64,000 nucleotides of DNA from Gammaproteobacteria bacterium (GCA_020341735.1 CP070833.1:2387527-2451526), one strand, 5' to 3'; positions 28,158-36,421 are shown, numbered from the stretch's first letter. Numbers and translations: made by a program. Notes: a model not told the origin generated them from the sequence alone.

Positions 28158-28851
28158 TCACCTCCCGGGTGACGTTGCCGGTGGCATCGATCACCAGCAC
28201 GCCGCCACCGCCCTTCGCCAGGTGATCCCGTAGCGCGGCGACCGTTCTGCCGGGAAGGGTCACACCCCATAGCGCGTCATCCGGGCCGGGGTAGCTGGCG
28301 CGCAGGAGTGTCGGGATAGTCTCCGGCGCCATTCTGTAAAAAGCCTCCGGTGCCGTTGCAGAAACGAAATCGACGCCGCGCCGCAGGTCCAGCCGCCGCA
28401 CTCCTGCCGCCGTCGCCACGAAAACAGCAGCTTCGCCGCGGGATACCATGCGCAGCAAGGCAGCGTCGGAAGCGAAACGCAGGAGCAGCCCCTGCTCTGC
28501 CGGTTGCGCCTCGTCAAGCTTGACCGCCGGCGACCTGGCCACGCTGACTTCAGGCATGGGCGCGGAACGCTTCTCCGCCGCCGGCATCGATCGAGTCTCC
28601 AAGGGTTCGACCACTGGTTCGGGTGGCGCCCGCCTCTGGGCGGTCGCCGCTTGGGGCGCTTCCGTCGCGACGACGGATTCCACAGGAACCGGCGACTGAT
28701 CGACCGGTTGTCTTGAGTGCTCCACCAGGCTCGATATCGCCACCAGGCATAGCGCCAGTATGGCCACGAACCGCATGACGTCGGCCTGTAGTTCCGTATC
28801 CGGCAGGCTCGCCGGCCCAGCATTGCCGATTGAGGATCGGGACTGCATCAT
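28147..28851 (-). CDS. Single-pass membrane protein with an ExbD/TolR-like N-terminal anchor, Pro/Ala-rich linker and unknown C-terminal domain
   Basis: SD GGAGGAG then ATGATG, overlapping the stop of the MotA/ExbB-like gene by 4 nt. ...LQADVMRFVAILALCLVAISSLV places Asp24 in a DVM context like ExbD ...FIDVMLVLLIIF. Linker: VPVESVVATEAPQAATAQRRAPPEPVVEP. Confidence 0.65.
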   Translation of the reverse strand: MMQSRSSIGNAGPASLPDTELQADVMRFVAILALCLVAISSLVEHSRQPVDQSPVPVESVVATEAPQAATAQRRAPPEPVVEPLETRSMPAAEKRSAPMPEVSVARSPAVKLDEAQPAEQGLLLRFASDAALLRMVSRGEAAVFVATAAGVRRLDLRRGVDFVSATAPEAFYRMAPETIPTLLRASYPGPDDALWGVTLPGRTVAALRDHLAKGGGGVLVIDATGNVTREVNDG

Positions 28852-29477
28852 CGCTCCTCCGCCCTGGTCTCCGGTGTTGCAAGCCGACGCTCGATGCCCG
28901 ACACGCTCACTCGCAGCGCGGCCAAATCCCTGTTTTGCTCCCGCTCGTAGTAGCGGGCAAGATCTGCACCGATGCTGAGTGCCTTCCAGGCCCGCATCAG
29001 GTAGCCACCGATGCCGCCGACGATGGTCGTCGAGAGCGCCAGCAAGATGCCACCGTCGACCATGCGCTCGAGTACCTGGACTCCACCCGATGCGCTGTCT
29101 GAAAGGCCCTCGACCAGGGCTCCACGCATCCCGATCGCCGTCCAGATAACGCCGACGCCGAAGAACAGACTGGTCCAGATGTCTGACAGATGATCGGCCT
29201 GTCTGACCGTCTCCGCCGGCGCCCGCCTGTCGATCGCGTGGCGGAGGCGCACGAGGCTGACGGCGAACAGCACCAGCAACATCAGGAAAGCCGGAATCGA
29301 GTACCCCAGGTTATGCCAAAGCCAGCTGACGGAGAGCCCGAAGGCATCTGTCATAACTGGAACGGCGTGCAAAGCTGCAGCCCCGTCCGGCACCCGCACG
29401 ACCAGGAGCGAAACCAGGGCGGAAGTCACTACCCCCGCCGACATGCCGATCAGGAAGTCCCTGGGTCGACTCGACAT
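28848..29477 (-). CDS. MotA/TolQ/ExbB-family proton-channel (stator-like) protein
   Basis: SD AGGAG then ATG 29477. 209 aa with four hydrophobic segments. Family-like signatures: IWTSLFFGVGVIWTAIGM (compare GLLGTVxGM) and GILLALSTTIVGGIGGYLM (compare ALxTTaxGL). C-terminal charged helix. Confidence 0.75.
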   Translation of the reverse strand: MSSRPRDFLIGMSAGVVTSALVSLLVVRVPDGAAALHAVPVMTDAFGLSVSWLWHNLGYSIPAFLMLLVLFAVSLVRLRHAIDRRAPAETVRQADHLSDIWTSLFFGVGVIWTAIGMRGALVEGLSDSASGGVQVLERMVDGGILLALSTTIVGGIGGYLMRAWKALSIGADLARYYEREQNRDLAALRVSVSGIERRLATPETRAEER

Positions 29478-29486
29478 AACTGACTC

Positions 29487-30038
29487 CTATCGACCGCCGG
29501 CGACGCAGGCTCGGCAGGTCGCCTCCAGGACCAGTTCAGTTTCTTTCAGCAATCTGTCTGCCCGGTAGTAACTCTCCCGATCGAGAGCCGCCTGCAGCAG
29601 ACCCCGTTCCTTGTCGGCCAGCTCGCTCTCCATATCCGCCATTACGCGTCCCTTGATGGGACAGGTCTGGGCGCAATTGTTGTAGTCCCCACGCAGTGAA
29701 ACGAACTTCACATTGAAGTACCGATTCCAGGTCTCCTGGGCCTGCCGGCGACTCAGCAATCCCTGGTCGCTGGTCCACAACAGGAAGTTGCTGAAGGCCT
29801 GCTTGTTGTCAGCGGTCGGGTCCCCGGCCGCCACGTCGATCAGTTGATCCATGTAACGATCGAAATGGGCCACGCAGCCGCCATCGAGTCGGGATTCGGC
29901 AGAAGCGATGGCCGCCGTCAGGTCGCGAGTTCCGGAAAGTTCGCACTTTGGCGTTGGCGTCGTGGCACACCCGGAAACAGCACCGATCGCTGTGAACAAG
30001 ACCGCGAGCGCGGCAGCCAATCTTGTGATATTCATCAT
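29487..30038 (-). CDS. Cys-rich lipoprotein, unknown function
   Basis: SD GAGAGGTGG then ATGATG at 30038. Lipobox MMNITRLAAALAVLFTAIGAVSGC. Seven further Cys residues in the mature part (PKCE, GGCV, NNCAQTCP, ATCRAC). Confidence 0.7.
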   Translation of the reverse strand: MMNITRLAAALAVLFTAIGAVSGCATTPTPKCELSGTRDLTAAIASAESRLDGGCVAHFDRYMDQLIDVAAGDPTADNKQAFSNFLLWTSDQGLLSRRQAQETWNRYFNVKFVSLRGDYNNCAQTCPIKGRVMADMESELADKERGLLQAALDRESYYRADRLLKETELVLEATCRACVAGGR

Positions 30039-30054
30039 GACATCCACCTCTCTG

Positions 30055-30894
30055 TCACCATTCCAGCGGGCTTTGATACGCCACCTCGCCGGCCCCCGGA
30101 GGCGGCCCGGCCAGTTCGACAACCTGCCCGGCCTCACCGAACAGGATCGATTTCACCCCGTCCACGACGGCCTGCATCTCCGGCGTGATAACGCCGAAGG
30201 ACTGATTGAGTTCCTCCAGCAAGGTCGCGCGCCCAATCTCCTCACGCGTCTGCGCGATCAGTGCGGAGGCTTCTTCCATGTCGAGGTAGATATCCGAGGC
30301 GACTACGGCTAGCGAGTGACCCGTGTTTCGCCCGGGCTGGGCGACGAGCTGGTAGTACTGGCGGAATCGCTGAGAAAGCCGCAGACCGGACCTGCCACGC
30401 AACTCTGGCTCGACGTTCGTTGACCCGTCGGGTTGCTGGCCGAGCAGCGTTTCCTGGAGCGTCCATGGCGTCATCTTCAGGCCCAGTTCGGCGCGCAGAC
30501 GCGTCTCCAGGCTGTCGCGCGTACTGTTGACGGCGCGCTCCATGTCCGGGAGGCGTTGAGACATGGTCTCCAACATCTCCATGTATGTCGCACCGAGCTG
30601 CCTGGATATCTGGGCGCAGCCCGGATCGTCGGTGGCGCCCTCGCATTTGCTCTGGATGTATAGCTGCTGCTGTCGATCCAGCCGGGCGATGATATCCTGC
30701 AGGCCGCTCTCCATCTCCTCGGCGACCTGACCTGTCTCTTTGATGTCCTCCAGCACGGTCGTGGGAAAAAGCTGGAGTGCAGGTCCCCGCGCCGCGCCCG
30801 TCAATAGCGGTAGTGTCGAAATAATGCATGCGGTGGCCATAGCCAGAGACGGCGCACCGTCGCGGCCGTTCCCGCATCGAGCATTCGGTTTCAT
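30055..30894 (-). CDS. Secreted, predicted alpha-helical hypothetical protein (first gene of the envelope operon)
   Basis: SD GGGAGG 5 nt before ATG 30894. Signal-like MATACIISTLPLLTGAARG. Glu/Gln/Leu-rich helical sequence. No family recognised. Confidence 0.65.
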   Translation of the reverse strand: MKPNARCGNGRDGAPSLAMATACIISTLPLLTGAARGPALQLFPTTVLEDIKETGQVAEEMESGLQDIIARLDRQQQLYIQSKCEGATDDPGCAQISRQLGATYMEMLETMSQRLPDMERAVNSTRDSLETRLRAELGLKMTPWTLQETLLGQQPDGSTNVEPELRGRSGLRLSQRFRQYYQLVAQPGRNTGHSLAVVASDIYLDMEEASALIAQTREEIGRATLLEELNQSFGVITPEMQAVVDGVKSILFGEAGQVVELAGPPPGAGEVAYQSPLEW

Positions 30895-30957
30895 CTAAGC
30901 CTCCCATGGCCCGGCGGGCCCTTCCTGTCGGCGAGACACAAAAGTAGCCCCGCCAAC

Positions 30958-30974
30958 CTGAACCGACGCTGAAC
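30958..30974 (-). promoter_or_regulatory. PhoP box (GTTCAG-N5-GTTCAG on the minus strand) upstream of the envelope operon
   Basis: The plus strand reads CTGAACcgacgCTGAAC, a perfect direct repeat with 11-bp phasing. On the minus strand it is followed after 11 nt by TACTTT (TAnnnT, -10-like, 30946-30941). It lies 64 nt upstream of ATG 30894. Confidence 0.7.
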
Positions 30975-30994
30975 GACCGGGAAACCCTGCGCGC

Positions 30995-31022
30995 CGCGAG
31001 TGGCGCATGTTTTTCACTCGCG
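30995..31022. repeat. Perfect 8-bp inverted repeat CGCGAGTG-N12-CACTCGCG between the two PhoP boxes
   Basis: Read directly from the sequence. Possible operator or hairpin; function unknown. Confidence 0.4.
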
Positions 31023-31037
31023 CGAGATCCTCTTCAC

Positions 31038-31054
31038 GTTCAGCTTCGGTTCAG
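31038..31054 (+). promoter_or_regulatory. PhoP box (GTTCAGcttcgGTTCAG) upstream of the ycfJ-like / PepSY / phoPQ unit
   Basis: Perfect direct repeat, followed after 10 nt by TAGTCT (TAnnnT, 31065-31070). It lies 73 nt upstream of ATG 31127. It mirrors the box at 30958-30974. Confidence 0.7.
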
Positions 31055-31126
31055 GCCGCATGCGTAGTCTGGGAATCGCGAGGCGGGAGATCCCGGCTCA
31101 ACGGACAGCAGAAGAGGAGCACAAAG

Positions 31127-31684
31127 ATGATCCGCAAGACTCTCGTCCTGATGACGGCCGCCGCGGCGGTCGCCTTACCTTCCCTGGCCCTGGCCGGCCA
31201 TGATGGTTACCAGTACGCCAAAGTAGTGGACGTCGAACCGGTCTATCGGTACGTGAGCTACCAGGTTCCACAGAGAGAATGCTGGACAGAGGTCGAATAC
31301 GAACCACGGCCACGTGCCAGACACCGGACAAGTTCCACTCTGCCGACGATCGCGGGTGGCATTGTCGGTGGCGTTGTCGGCCGGCAGTTCGGCAGCGGCA
31401 GAGGCCGGGACGCCATGACCGTACTTGGCACCCTGATTGGCGCCGCCGTAGGCCACGACGCGAGCCATCGCACCAGCACCAGACACGCTGACTACGAGTA
31501 TGGCCGCAGCCGTGGTTATGAGGTTGAGCGCTGCGAAACTCGTTACATCACTCAGGAGGATCGGGAAATTGACGGCTATCGCGTCACTTACCGATATGCG
31601 GGCCGCGAATATACGACCAGGACGCACGAGCATCCCGGCAAGCGGATCCGTGTCCGGGTCGACGTGACACCGGCCGTCGCGTAA
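31127..31684 (+). CDS. YcfJ-like glycine-zipper 2TM-domain protein
   Basis: SD AGAGGAG then ATG 31127, then a signal peptide. Collinear with E. coli YcfJ as I recall it: YQYAKVVDVEPVY...PQRECW...IAGGIVGGVVGRQFGSGRGRDAMTVLGTLIGAAVG...RCETRY...GYRVTYRYAGREY...RIRV. Confidence 0.78.
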   Translation: MIRKTLVLMTAAAAVALPSLALAGHDGYQYAKVVDVEPVYRYVSYQVPQRECWTEVEYEPRPRARHRTSSTLPTIAGGIVGGVVGRQFGSGRGRDAMTVLGTLIGAAVGHDASHRTSTRHADYEYGRSRGYEVERCETRYITQEDREIDGYRVTYRYAGREYTTRTHEHPGKRIRVRVDVTPAVA

Positions 31685-31762
31685 ACCGATCGGGCCGTCA
31701 GCTCAACGTTTCATGCAGGGATGAAATTGCGTTGCCCCCACGCATGTCTGACAATGCCATGC

Positions 31763-32068
31763 ATGTCCCGAACCCTGCTGATAGCAGCGATGCTGGCGGT
31801 CCTGATCGCTTCCTCCCCGGCCTGGAGCGCGGTGCGGCCGGACTCTTCCGCTCATCACGCCCAGGCCTCCACATTTCGGCCTGCCGCGGATGAGGTTTCA
31901 CTCGACGAGGCCATTCGCACCGTCCGGGATGCCTACGGCGAAGTCACGATCCTGAAAGCAGAGACCCGTGGTCGTAACGGCCGGCGTGTCCATCGAGTCA
32001 AGTTCCTCACTGATTCCGGACGGGTGAAGACCGTCGAGGTCGATGCCCGTACCGGGGATCTCCGTTGA
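31763..32068 (+). CDS. PepSY-domain periplasmic protein
   Basis: Signal peptide MSRTLLIAAMLAVLIASSPAWSA. C-terminal LDEAIRTVRDAYGEVTILKAE...HRVKFLTDSGRVKTVEVDARTG is PepSY-like. Ends 4 nt before phoP. Confidence 0.7.
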   Translation: MSRTLLIAAMLAVLIASSPAWSAVRPDSSAHHAQASTFRPAADEVSLDEAIRTVRDAYGEVTILKAETRGRNGRRVHRVKFLTDSGRVKTVEVDARTGDLR

Positions 32069-32072
32069 GTCG

Positions 32073-32756
32073 ATGCGTGTCCTTGTCGTAGAGGACGAAG
32101 AAGCGCTGCGCGCCAGCATTGTCGCCGAGCTGCGCGGGCACGGCTATACCGTCGATGAGGCGTCTGACGGCGAGGAAGGACACTATTTCGGATCCGAATT
32201 CCATCCGGACGTCGCCATCGTTGATCTCGGCCTGCCTCGCCTTCCCGGCCTCGAGCTCATTCGCCGCCTCCGCGGCGAGGGACATGACTTCCCCATCCTG
32301 ATACTGACGGCCAGGGGACGGTGGGAGGAGAAAGTTGATGGACTCGAAGCGGGTGCCGACGACTATGTCGTCAAACCATTCCACATGGAGGAACTGCTGG
32401 CGCGGCTGAACGCTCTCCTGCGGCGCGCTGGGGGCTGGGCAAGCCCACGGCTGTGCAGCGGTCCGGTAAGCATCGACACCCGCGCCCAGACGGTCAGCGT
32501 GTCCAAGCGGCCAGTAGAGTTGACCGCCTTCGAGTATCGCCTGCTCGAATGCCTGCTGATGCGGACAGGTGAAGTCGTCTCCAAGACCGAGCTGACAGAG
32601 CGTCTCTACGAGCAGGATTTCGACCGCGATTCGAATGTCATCGAAGTCTTTGTAGGACGACTGCGCCGTAAGCTGGACCCTGACGGCAATCTGCGTCCTA
32701 TCGAAACTCTTCGCGGCAGAGGGTATCGATGGAGGCTCCCCAGGGAAAGCGCATGA
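32073..32756 (+). CDS. phoP: OmpR-family response regulator, PhoP-like
   Basis: MRVLVVEDEEALR...DVAIVDLGLP...FPILILTARGRWEEKVDGLEAGADDYVVKPFHMEELLARLNALLRR...NVIEVFVGRLRRKL...RGRGY. Very close to Pseudomonas PhoP as I remember it. PhoP boxes lie nearby. Confidence 0.8.
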   Translation: MRVLVVEDEEALRASIVAELRGHGYTVDEASDGEEGHYFGSEFHPDVAIVDLGLPRLPGLELIRRLRGEGHDFPILILTARGRWEEKVDGLEAGADDYVVKPFHMEELLARLNALLRRAGGWASPRLCSGPVSIDTRAQTVSVSKRPVELTAFEYRLLECLLMRTGEVVSKTELTERLYEQDFDRDSNVIEVFVGRLRRKLDPDGNLRPIETLRGRGYRWRLPRESA

Positions 32757-34114
32757 AAGTGGGCGGATCACTGAGCACTCGGGTGCTGACCGCAGCTACC
32801 TTGTTGCTGATGATCTTCTTCGGACTCGCATTCGCGGCTCTCGATATCGCATTCAGGCGCGCAGCCGAGCGGTCGCTGGAAGACGTGCTCGAGTCCCAGG
32901 TCCTGGGTCTGCTCGCCGCCGCAGACCCCGATCAGTCGGGTATGCTCAACCTGCCGCCAGACCTGCCGGAGCCGAAATTTTCTCGTCCGGGATCGGGCCT
33001 TTATGGTCGCCTCATCGATGACCAGGAAGAGACCGTCTGGATCTCCCGATCTGCGGTCGGCATGCGACTGCCGGCCTTCATACCAGCCACGCCCGGGCGC
33101 ATCGAATTTAGGCGTTTTTCGCTTGCCGACGGTACGGATCTGATGAGCGCAGCTCTCCGGATAGAGTGGGAATTCAGCGACGGACAGCTTGCGCCTTTCG
33201 TGTTCAGTGTCTCAAGCAGCCTGGACAGCCTGATGGCACAGGTGCGCCGTTATCGAAACTGGCTGAGCGGCGGATTCGCCGCCCTGGTTTTGATCCTGAT
33301 CGGTGCCCAGATTCTGGTGCTGCGCTTCTTGTTGCGGCCGTTACAACAGGCCGAAGAAGAAGTCCGTGAAATCGAGGCCGGCGCCAGACGGCGTCTGAGC
33401 GAGGGTTACCCGACGGAGATCGAGGCGCGGTCGAGCAGCGTCAACATGCTGATCGACAGCGAACGAGCACGCAGCGAGCGCTACCGTGAATCGCTGGATA
33501 ATCTCGCTCACAGTCTGAAGACGCCGCTGGCGGTCATTCGCACCCAGGCCGAGTCGCCGGACCGGATCGATCCGGATATCGTCGAGGAACAGGTCGCCAC
33601 CATGCAAGGAATCGTCGACTACCAGTTGCAGAGAGCCACCACCGGAGGCGCCCCTCTCGGCCGCAAGCACACGAAAGCCCTGCCCCTCGCCCGGTCGCTG
33701 CTCGACGCATTGAGCAAGGTCTATCGTGAGAAGCCGGTGCGGATAGACCGGGACCTCGAGTCGGATGCGGTGTTCCCCGGTGGTCGCGGCGACCTGACGG
33801 AGATCCTCGGTAACCTGCTCGACAACGCATTCAAGTTCTGCCGTCAACGGGTCCGTCTGTGCATCAGCACTGGATCTGCGGCGGTCGGCACTGGCGGGGG
33901 AATAGAGATCCTGGTCGAGGATGATGGCCCGGGACTTCCGGATACGAACTCGCCGAGGCTGCTCGAGCGGGGTGTGCGGGGCACTCAGAGGGCTCCCGGT
34001 CAGGGGATTGGACTGGCCGTGGTGCGGGATATCGTCGAAGCCTACGGGGGCGAGATCACTCTGGCGAGATCCACGCTCGGCGGCGCTGCTATCCGCGTGA
34101 CAATAGGTACCTGA
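32753..34114 (+). CDS. phoQ: Sensor histidine kinase, PhoQ-like
   Basis: ATGA start/stop overlap with phoP. Two TM segments flank a periplasmic domain. H-box LDNLAHSLKTPLAV. N, G1 and G2 boxes (LGNLLDNAFKF, VEDDGPGL, GQGIGLAVV). Confidence 0.8.
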   Translation: MKVGGSLSTRVLTAATLLLMIFFGLAFAALDIAFRRAAERSLEDVLESQVLGLLAAADPDQSGMLNLPPDLPEPKFSRPGSGLYGRLIDDQEETVWISRSAVGMRLPAFIPATPGRIEFRRFSLADGTDLMSAALRIEWEFSDGQLAPFVFSVSSSLDSLMAQVRRYRNWLSGGFAALVLILIGAQILVLRFLLRPLQQAEEEVREIEAGARRRLSEGYPTEIEARSSSVNMLIDSERARSERYRESLDNLAHSLKTPLAVIRTQAESPDRIDPDIVEEQVATMQGIVDYQLQRATTGGAPLGRKHTKALPLARSLLDALSKVYREKPVRIDRDLESDAVFPGGRGDLTEILGNLLDNAFKFCRQRVRLCISTGSAAVGTGGGIEILVEDDGPGLPDTNSPRLLERGVRGTQRAPGQGIGLAVVRDIVEAYGGEITLARSTLGGAAIRVTIGT

Positions 34115-34130
34115 TCACAGGCCTGTCGGA

Positions 34131-35027
34131 TCAGGCCGAACGATTGACTTGTCGCGGCGGATCAGCCCTGCAGGCACGCTCCAGCTGGAAAGCTATCAGC
34201 TCCTGCCGTTTGCGATCGAGTACAGATGAGCCCTGCAGCAGTTTGGCTGCTTCTTTTGGGTTAACTACCGACACCGAGCCGTCGCCCCTCCTGTCGACGA
34301 ACCAGCCTGGCAGCGAGAGCACCGGCGTCACGGGCACATCTTCGCCCAGCCTGGCGCGTAGCCAGTTGCTCAGCCATTTCGCCTGCCGTCCAGCCTTATC
34401 CAGGTAGCCGGTGTCCGAATGGCTTGGAAAGCTCAGACGGTGACCATCGAACAGGACCGTAGCGTCCTCGGCACCGCGACCCCGGTCCGAACGCAATTGC
34501 GCCTTTGTTTCTACCGCCAGGACGCCGGTCGGCCCGATGACGACGTGATCGATATTGGATCCGGCGGCGGGGACGTCATGGAATATACGGCAGCCATGGC
34601 GCATGAGCCTGTCCAGCTCCTGACCCGTTGCCAGCTCGCCGTCCAGTCCCATTCGGATGGCACGCAGGGACCGGTAATTGTAGAGCGTCCGGCTTAACAG
34701 GAAGAGAAATCCGCCGACACCTGCAACCATGTAGAGCATCGCCAGTTCCAAGCCGGCCGCATCGGGATTCCATTTCTGTACTGACAGCCACATGCTGTAA
34801 AACCACAGAGGCACGAACAGGCCGAAGCCGAAAGACAGGGCAAGCTCGAGCTGCAGCTCTTCGAGACGACGCTGCAGACTGAAGCCTGCAGGCCGCAGGA
34901 AATCCCTGTTGAACGGTGACTTGCGACGACGAAGACCTTCGGCATGGCGGAGCGCGTTTATCATCACGAGGATGATGAGCATCGGCAGTATCGCTGCTCC
35001 TGCCGGAACCAGTATCGACGAATCCAT
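34131..35027 (-). CDS. Membrane-anchored NERD (nuclease-related) domain protein
   Basis: Three N-terminal TM segments, then GELATGQELDRLMRHGCRIFHDVPAAGSNIDHVVIGPTGVLAVETKA (NERD-like core). Start chosen at an internal ATG (MDSSILV...). Confidence 0.7.
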   Translation of the reverse strand: MDSSILVPAGAAILPMLIILVMINALRHAEGLRRRKSPFNRDFLRPAGFSLQRRLEELQLELALSFGFGLFVPLWFYSMWLSVQKWNPDAAGLELAMLYMVAGVGGFLFLLSRTLYNYRSLRAIRMGLDGELATGQELDRLMRHGCRIFHDVPAAGSNIDHVVIGPTGVLAVETKAQLRSDRGRGAEDATVLFDGHRLSFPSHSDTGYLDKAGRQAKWLSNWLRARLGEDVPVTPVLSLPGWFVDRRGDGSVSVVNPKEAAKLLQGSSVLDRKRQELIAFQLERACRADPPRQVNRSA

Positions 35028-35158
35028 ACGGCTGCGTTCCCGTCTCTTGGCGACGACGACACACGCCGGCATCGCAGATTTTCAAGCCGAGAGTGTATCC
35101 ACTGGACATAATCAGGGTCTGTGCGCCAGATCACACGACAGGAAAATCGTGTCGCGGT

Positions 35159-36421
35159 TCAGGATTGGTCGGATTTCGTTTCTTCAGTCGAGCATTCGGC
35201 CGGCAGCCGGATGGTGAAAGTCGACCCCTTCCCCGGCTCGCTGTCGACAAACAGATCGCCGCCGAGCAGACGGCAAAACCTCCTGCTGATCGCGAGCCCC
35301 AGGCCGGTGCCACCATACTTCCGGCTGGTCGAATTATCTGCCTGAGTGAAGGCGTTGAACAGCTTGTTGGCCTGCTCCGGCGACAAGCCAATGCCGGTAT
35401 CCGACACCGCCAGGCTGATCCAATCTCGCCCCTCCTGCATCGTCCTGCTTGCGGTGATGCCAACGGTGCCCTGGTCGGTAAACTTGGCCGCGTTGCTAAG
35501 CAGATTGAACAAAGCCTGGCGCACCTTTATCAGGTCAACATAGGCGGTGCCTATATCCGGTGGGCAATCGACGATCAGATCGTTGCCGTTCTTCTCCACA
35601 AGTGGCTGTATCGTACCGACGACGCCCTCAACCAGCTCGGCAATATCGACGTCCTCACGAAATATCGTCATCCGGCCAGCCTCGATCTTGGAAAGATCGA
35701 GTACATCGTTAATCAGGGCCAGCAAGTGCTCACCCGCCTGGTGGATCTTTTTCAGATCCGGTATGAGGTCCTCCTGCTCGAGATCCTCCAACTCCTCCTG
35801 AACCATCTCGCTGTAACCGAGGATGGCGTTCAGGGGCGTCCGCAGTTCGTGGCTCATATTCGCGAGGAACGAGCTCTTGGCCTTGTTGGCTTCCTCCGCA
35901 GATTCCCGCGCTTCCTCCAGCTCTGCCGTGCGGTGCGCTACCGTCTCCTCCAGTTCCTCCTGGTGTCGGCGCAGTTCCGCATTGGCATCCTGGATCTCCT
36001 CCATGAGTTCGTCACGGCTCCTTCTGCCCATGATTGCGAGGAGGCTCTCCTGGACCTCTGGAGTCAGACCGGTCGCGGCAAGTGGCATGCGTCGCACCGC
36101 CCTGATTACATAGCCGCTGTCGCCATCGGCGCCGACGTTGAATTCATCAAAGAGGCCATTCGACTGGGGAATATTTCCAGGCGGAGCGGTCGCCGCGAAG
36201 ACCATCTCGAGATCGATACCCGAGTCATCAGACAGGACCGCAATCCTTAGTGACGAGGCCGGCGTCTCGTCGACGAGCAGCCGTGCGATCTCGGAGGTGA
36301 TCATTTGCAGACGAGCGGTCGTGATCGCATCTGCCCCAAGAGTCCTGGCCACGTCGCGTAGCTTGTGCCGCGCCCAGTGGACACTCTCCGGACTGATGAG
36401 CCTGACATCGCCCAGTCTCAC
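35159..36421 (-). CDS. Soluble histidine kinase (no TM, no receiver domain); output kinase of the stressosome operon
   Basis: GTG start overlaps the PP2C stop (GTGA). About 130-aa unknown N-terminal domain, then a coiled coil. H-box [23 protein letters not shown]. HATPase N/G boxes ([24 protein letters not shown]). Confidence 0.85.
   Translation of the reverse strand: MRLGDVRLISPESVHWARHKLRDVARTLGADAITTARLQMITSEIARLLVDETPASSLRIAVLSDDSGIDLEMVFAATAPPGNIPQSNGLFDEFNVGADGDSGYVIRAVRRMPLAATGLTPEVQESLLAIMGRRSRDELMEEIQDANAELRRHQEELEETVAHRTAELEEARESAEEANKAKSSFLANMSHELRTPLNAILGYSEMVQEELEDLEQEDLIPDLKKIHQAGEHLLALINDVLDLSKIEAGRMTIFREDVDIAELVEGVVGTIQPLVEKNGNDLIVDCPPDIGTAYVDLIKVRQALFNLLSNAAKFTDQGTVGITASRTMQEGRDWISLAVSDTGIGLSPEQANKLFNAFTQADNSTSRKYGGTGLGLAISRRFCRLLGGDLFVDSEPGKGSTFTIRLPAECSTEETKSDQS

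Noticed and set aside
34120-34137. Small inverted repeat GGCCTG-N6-CAGGCC between the convergent phoQ and NERD genes.
   Set aside because: It has only a 6-bp stem, no U-tract, and overlaps the NERD stop codon. The evidence is too weak to call a terminator.
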